From Callorhinchus milii (lineage: Eukaryota), in contig NW_024704743.1 in NCBI RefSeq assembly GCF_018977255.1, positions 98,954,001-99,018,000 on the forward strand: DNA of 64,000 bases, read 5' to 3'. A model generated the notes under the pieces. It made no database searches, was not told the DNA's origin, and worked only from the letters and a program-made list of their open reading frames with translations. A program made the position numbers and the translations under genes. Within the stretch, counting starts at the first letter, position 1. Each line of letters opens with the position of its first letter. Shown here in pieces: positions 61,900 through 64,000 of the stretch.

Positions 61900-62665
61900 G
61901 ACGGTAGCTTGGTTTAATGATTCATATGAAGGATGTCACCTCCAACAATGCAATGCACCCCCAGCACCTCATTGAAGTGTCGCTAAATTGGACACTTCAG
62001 TTCTATGCAAACTCCCTGCTTGTTGTCCTCTCCAACTCCTCCCTCTATAGGCTGCAGATCATCCATAACTCTGCAGACCATGACCTCTCCTGCATCAGGC
62101 TCTGTGACCCTATTATCTCCATCCTCGCCCGACTCAAATGGCTTCCCATCGCACAGTGTTCAAGATCCTAATCCTCACCTTCAAAACCCTCCATGGCCTT
62201 GCCTCCCCCTTACCTCTGCGACCTCCTAACCCCTACCAACCTGCCTGCTCCCTCTGATCAGCGGGCTTCGGCCTGCTTCACGTTCCCGCCTTGTCCGCAC
62301 AACCATTGGCAGGCGGGCCTTCTGCCACTCTGCCCCCACCCTCTGGAACTCCATCCCGCAGTCTCTCCACCTCGCCTCCTTCAAGCCGCGTCCCAAGACC
62401 CTCCTCTTCAACCGTGCCTTTGGTTACCTTTTTCCCTCCCCCTGCCGTCCACACTCACCAATCCCGATCCCCAGCTCAGGTCCCAAACACTGATTATCCA
62501 GTGCCTTGGGACATCCTCCTGACGTGAAAGGCGCTATACAAATATAATTTGGTTATTGCTGTTGTTGTTGTCAGCCTGGACTGCATACATTCAAACTCCT
62601 GACAATGAGCTTGAATCCACAATCTCTGGCTTACAGGCGAGAGAATGCTAGCAACTAAGCCAAGC
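61530..62665 (-). mobile_element. Older Deu SINE split by the inverted duplication and an L2
   Basis: Tail and Deu core at 61530-61790, middle at 61900-61985 (gacgg...ggtttaatg...gaaggatgtcacctcc), head at 62570-62665. Confidence 0.65.
62000..62570 (+). mobile_element. L2 3' fragment
   Basis: YANSLLVVLSNSSLYRLQIIHNSA; ends gacgtgaaaggcgctatacaaat...gttgttgttg. Confidence 0.88.
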
Positions 62666-62723
62666 TGGTGATACCAACTAACCCAGCAAAAAAANCTGAA
62701 CTTTTTCTTTCTTTGTTTTCCAG

Positions 62724-62909
62724 GTTATGGCACTTTACCATATTTTTATGGCAATGTTGGTGATATTGTCGTAAGCCCTTTGCTTGTAAACTGTTACAAG
62801 TTTCCACAGCTGACTTCGGTTGAGCTGGAACAGCTGGGGGTTTCCAGCAACCATCTCCTAACAGTGGAGAACATGATCCTCTTGACGATACAATACCTGA
62901 CTCGTCTTG
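62724..62909 (+). CDS. GREB1L: GREB1L coding exon 10 (186 nt)
   Basis: ctttgttttccag|[68 protein letters not shown]|gtaagt. Confidence 0.97.
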
Positions 62910-62974
62910 GTAAGTCTTTCAATAAACAGCCCATTCAGGTACATTTGTTAGATCTGCTCCAAAGCTTTAAAAAA

Positions 62975-63066
62975 TAGAATAGATGACCCACGTGGAGAAA
63001 AACACTGGCCCAGATTTGGTGTGCCAAATAGTCTGTTTCTGTACTGTAACATTCTTTGATTCTATG
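62975..63066 (+). mobile_element. CR1 3' end fragment
   Basis: cacgtggag...aaacac...ctgtttctgtactgtaacattctttgattctatg, resembling 23875-24153. Confidence 0.6.
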
Positions 63067-64000
63067 AAGGATGAATTTTAAGTTGGAATGGAAAGGAGGG
63101 AGGATCAAAATCTCAATTGGTTCAATACATAGGTGTTTGTTGAGGTTGAGTTTTGTGCGTGTGAAATATTCAAAGGGAAAGGAGGAAGGACAAATGAGAT
63201 TCCTGGCACTTGGTCCTGTATCAAACCAGGAGGATTGATGATTTGATCATGCACAGAAATCTGTGGGTATCCCCATGGTACTAGTGTAAGCGTCCAGTAT
63301 AATTGGCCTGACCTGTCAGTGCTACTCCTGCAAAGAGGGTCAGTGAGACCAGCACATCAGTGTGATGGAGCCATTACACTCAAACCATAAGGCCAGAGTT
63401 CGAGTTCAGTTTTGCCTGACCTTTGCACTTTGGCTTCCCCAGGGGGTGGGAAATTCTGTAGTCTCAGCTGCTGATGGGGGTGGGGGGAGCTTTGACAACA
63501 TCTGTGGAAATTTCACTAACTGTTTGGACTTAGAGTTGTCCAAGGATTTGTTTTGAGCCAGGGCAATTATGAAGCCCCCGGCAACTATCCACTAATTACA
63601 ATATTATCCAATAAATAATGGGGATGTCACACATGCCTAATATGTCCAAAGCTCTCGCTGTTTGAGAGCAGGATTTGGCATGTTGCTTTGTAAGTCACAA
63701 TTTAATTGGCAAAATAAATAAGTGTGTCACTTCTGTAAAATATTACAGTGCATTTGGGAAAATTACAGACTAATATTTTCTTAGTAGAGGACTGCAGAGG
63801 TATGGATTTAATTTATTTTATTAATGCTTTCTTACTTTGCAAATCTGATTTTTGTGTTGTATGAGAGCTGCTTTCTTCCCAGGCTCCCTGCAGTGCTGTC
63901 GTGAATGCTGCCAAGTGTACAAATGTGGTCTGTTCTGTCCTCGCCTGGCATTCCCTACTTCTCTTTCTGTTTCTTCTATCTGTCTCTCCTCTTCTATATG

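Noticed and set aside
62688..62700. Ambiguous base N at 62695 near the exon 10 acceptor
   Set aside because: It follows an A homopolymer and is most likely a base-calling artefact; the coding sequence is unaffected.
63883..64000. Next GREB1L exon after ctttcttcccag
   Set aside because: The translation does not resemble the expected next segment (recalled GPDQVPLREEFEQ). The window ends in a pyrimidine tract, so the true exon probably starts just outside.

Overview
Vertebrate (not microbial) genomic DNA; the SINE/LINE content suggests a cartilaginous fish, probably a holocephalan (inference). The window holds the 5' part of one + strand gene, GREB1L. Ten coding exons with canonical GT-AG boundaries (38729-62909, 1597 nt, about 532 codons) splice into one open frame starting [20 protein letters not shown]; the gene continues past the window end. 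There are two to three candidate 5' UTR exons. The rest is intron/upstream sequence packed with L2 and CR1 LINE fragments, tRNA-headed Deu-domain SINEs, older SINE relics, a decayed hAT transposon, palindromic MITE-like relics, a G-rich minisatellite and an unclassified repeat family. I see no CRISPR array, rRNA, true tRNA gene or convincing wholly new biological system. Best leads: a perfect estrogen response element with FOXA/AP-1/TCF motifs at about 4.0 kb, an apparently extra GREB1-like coding exon (54900-55025), inverted SINEs bracketing exons 6-7, an L2 tail supplying the exon 7 acceptor, and a 57-bp near-perfect intronic inverted repeat. Family names and human comparisons come from memory, not from a search, and most repeat boundaries are approximate.
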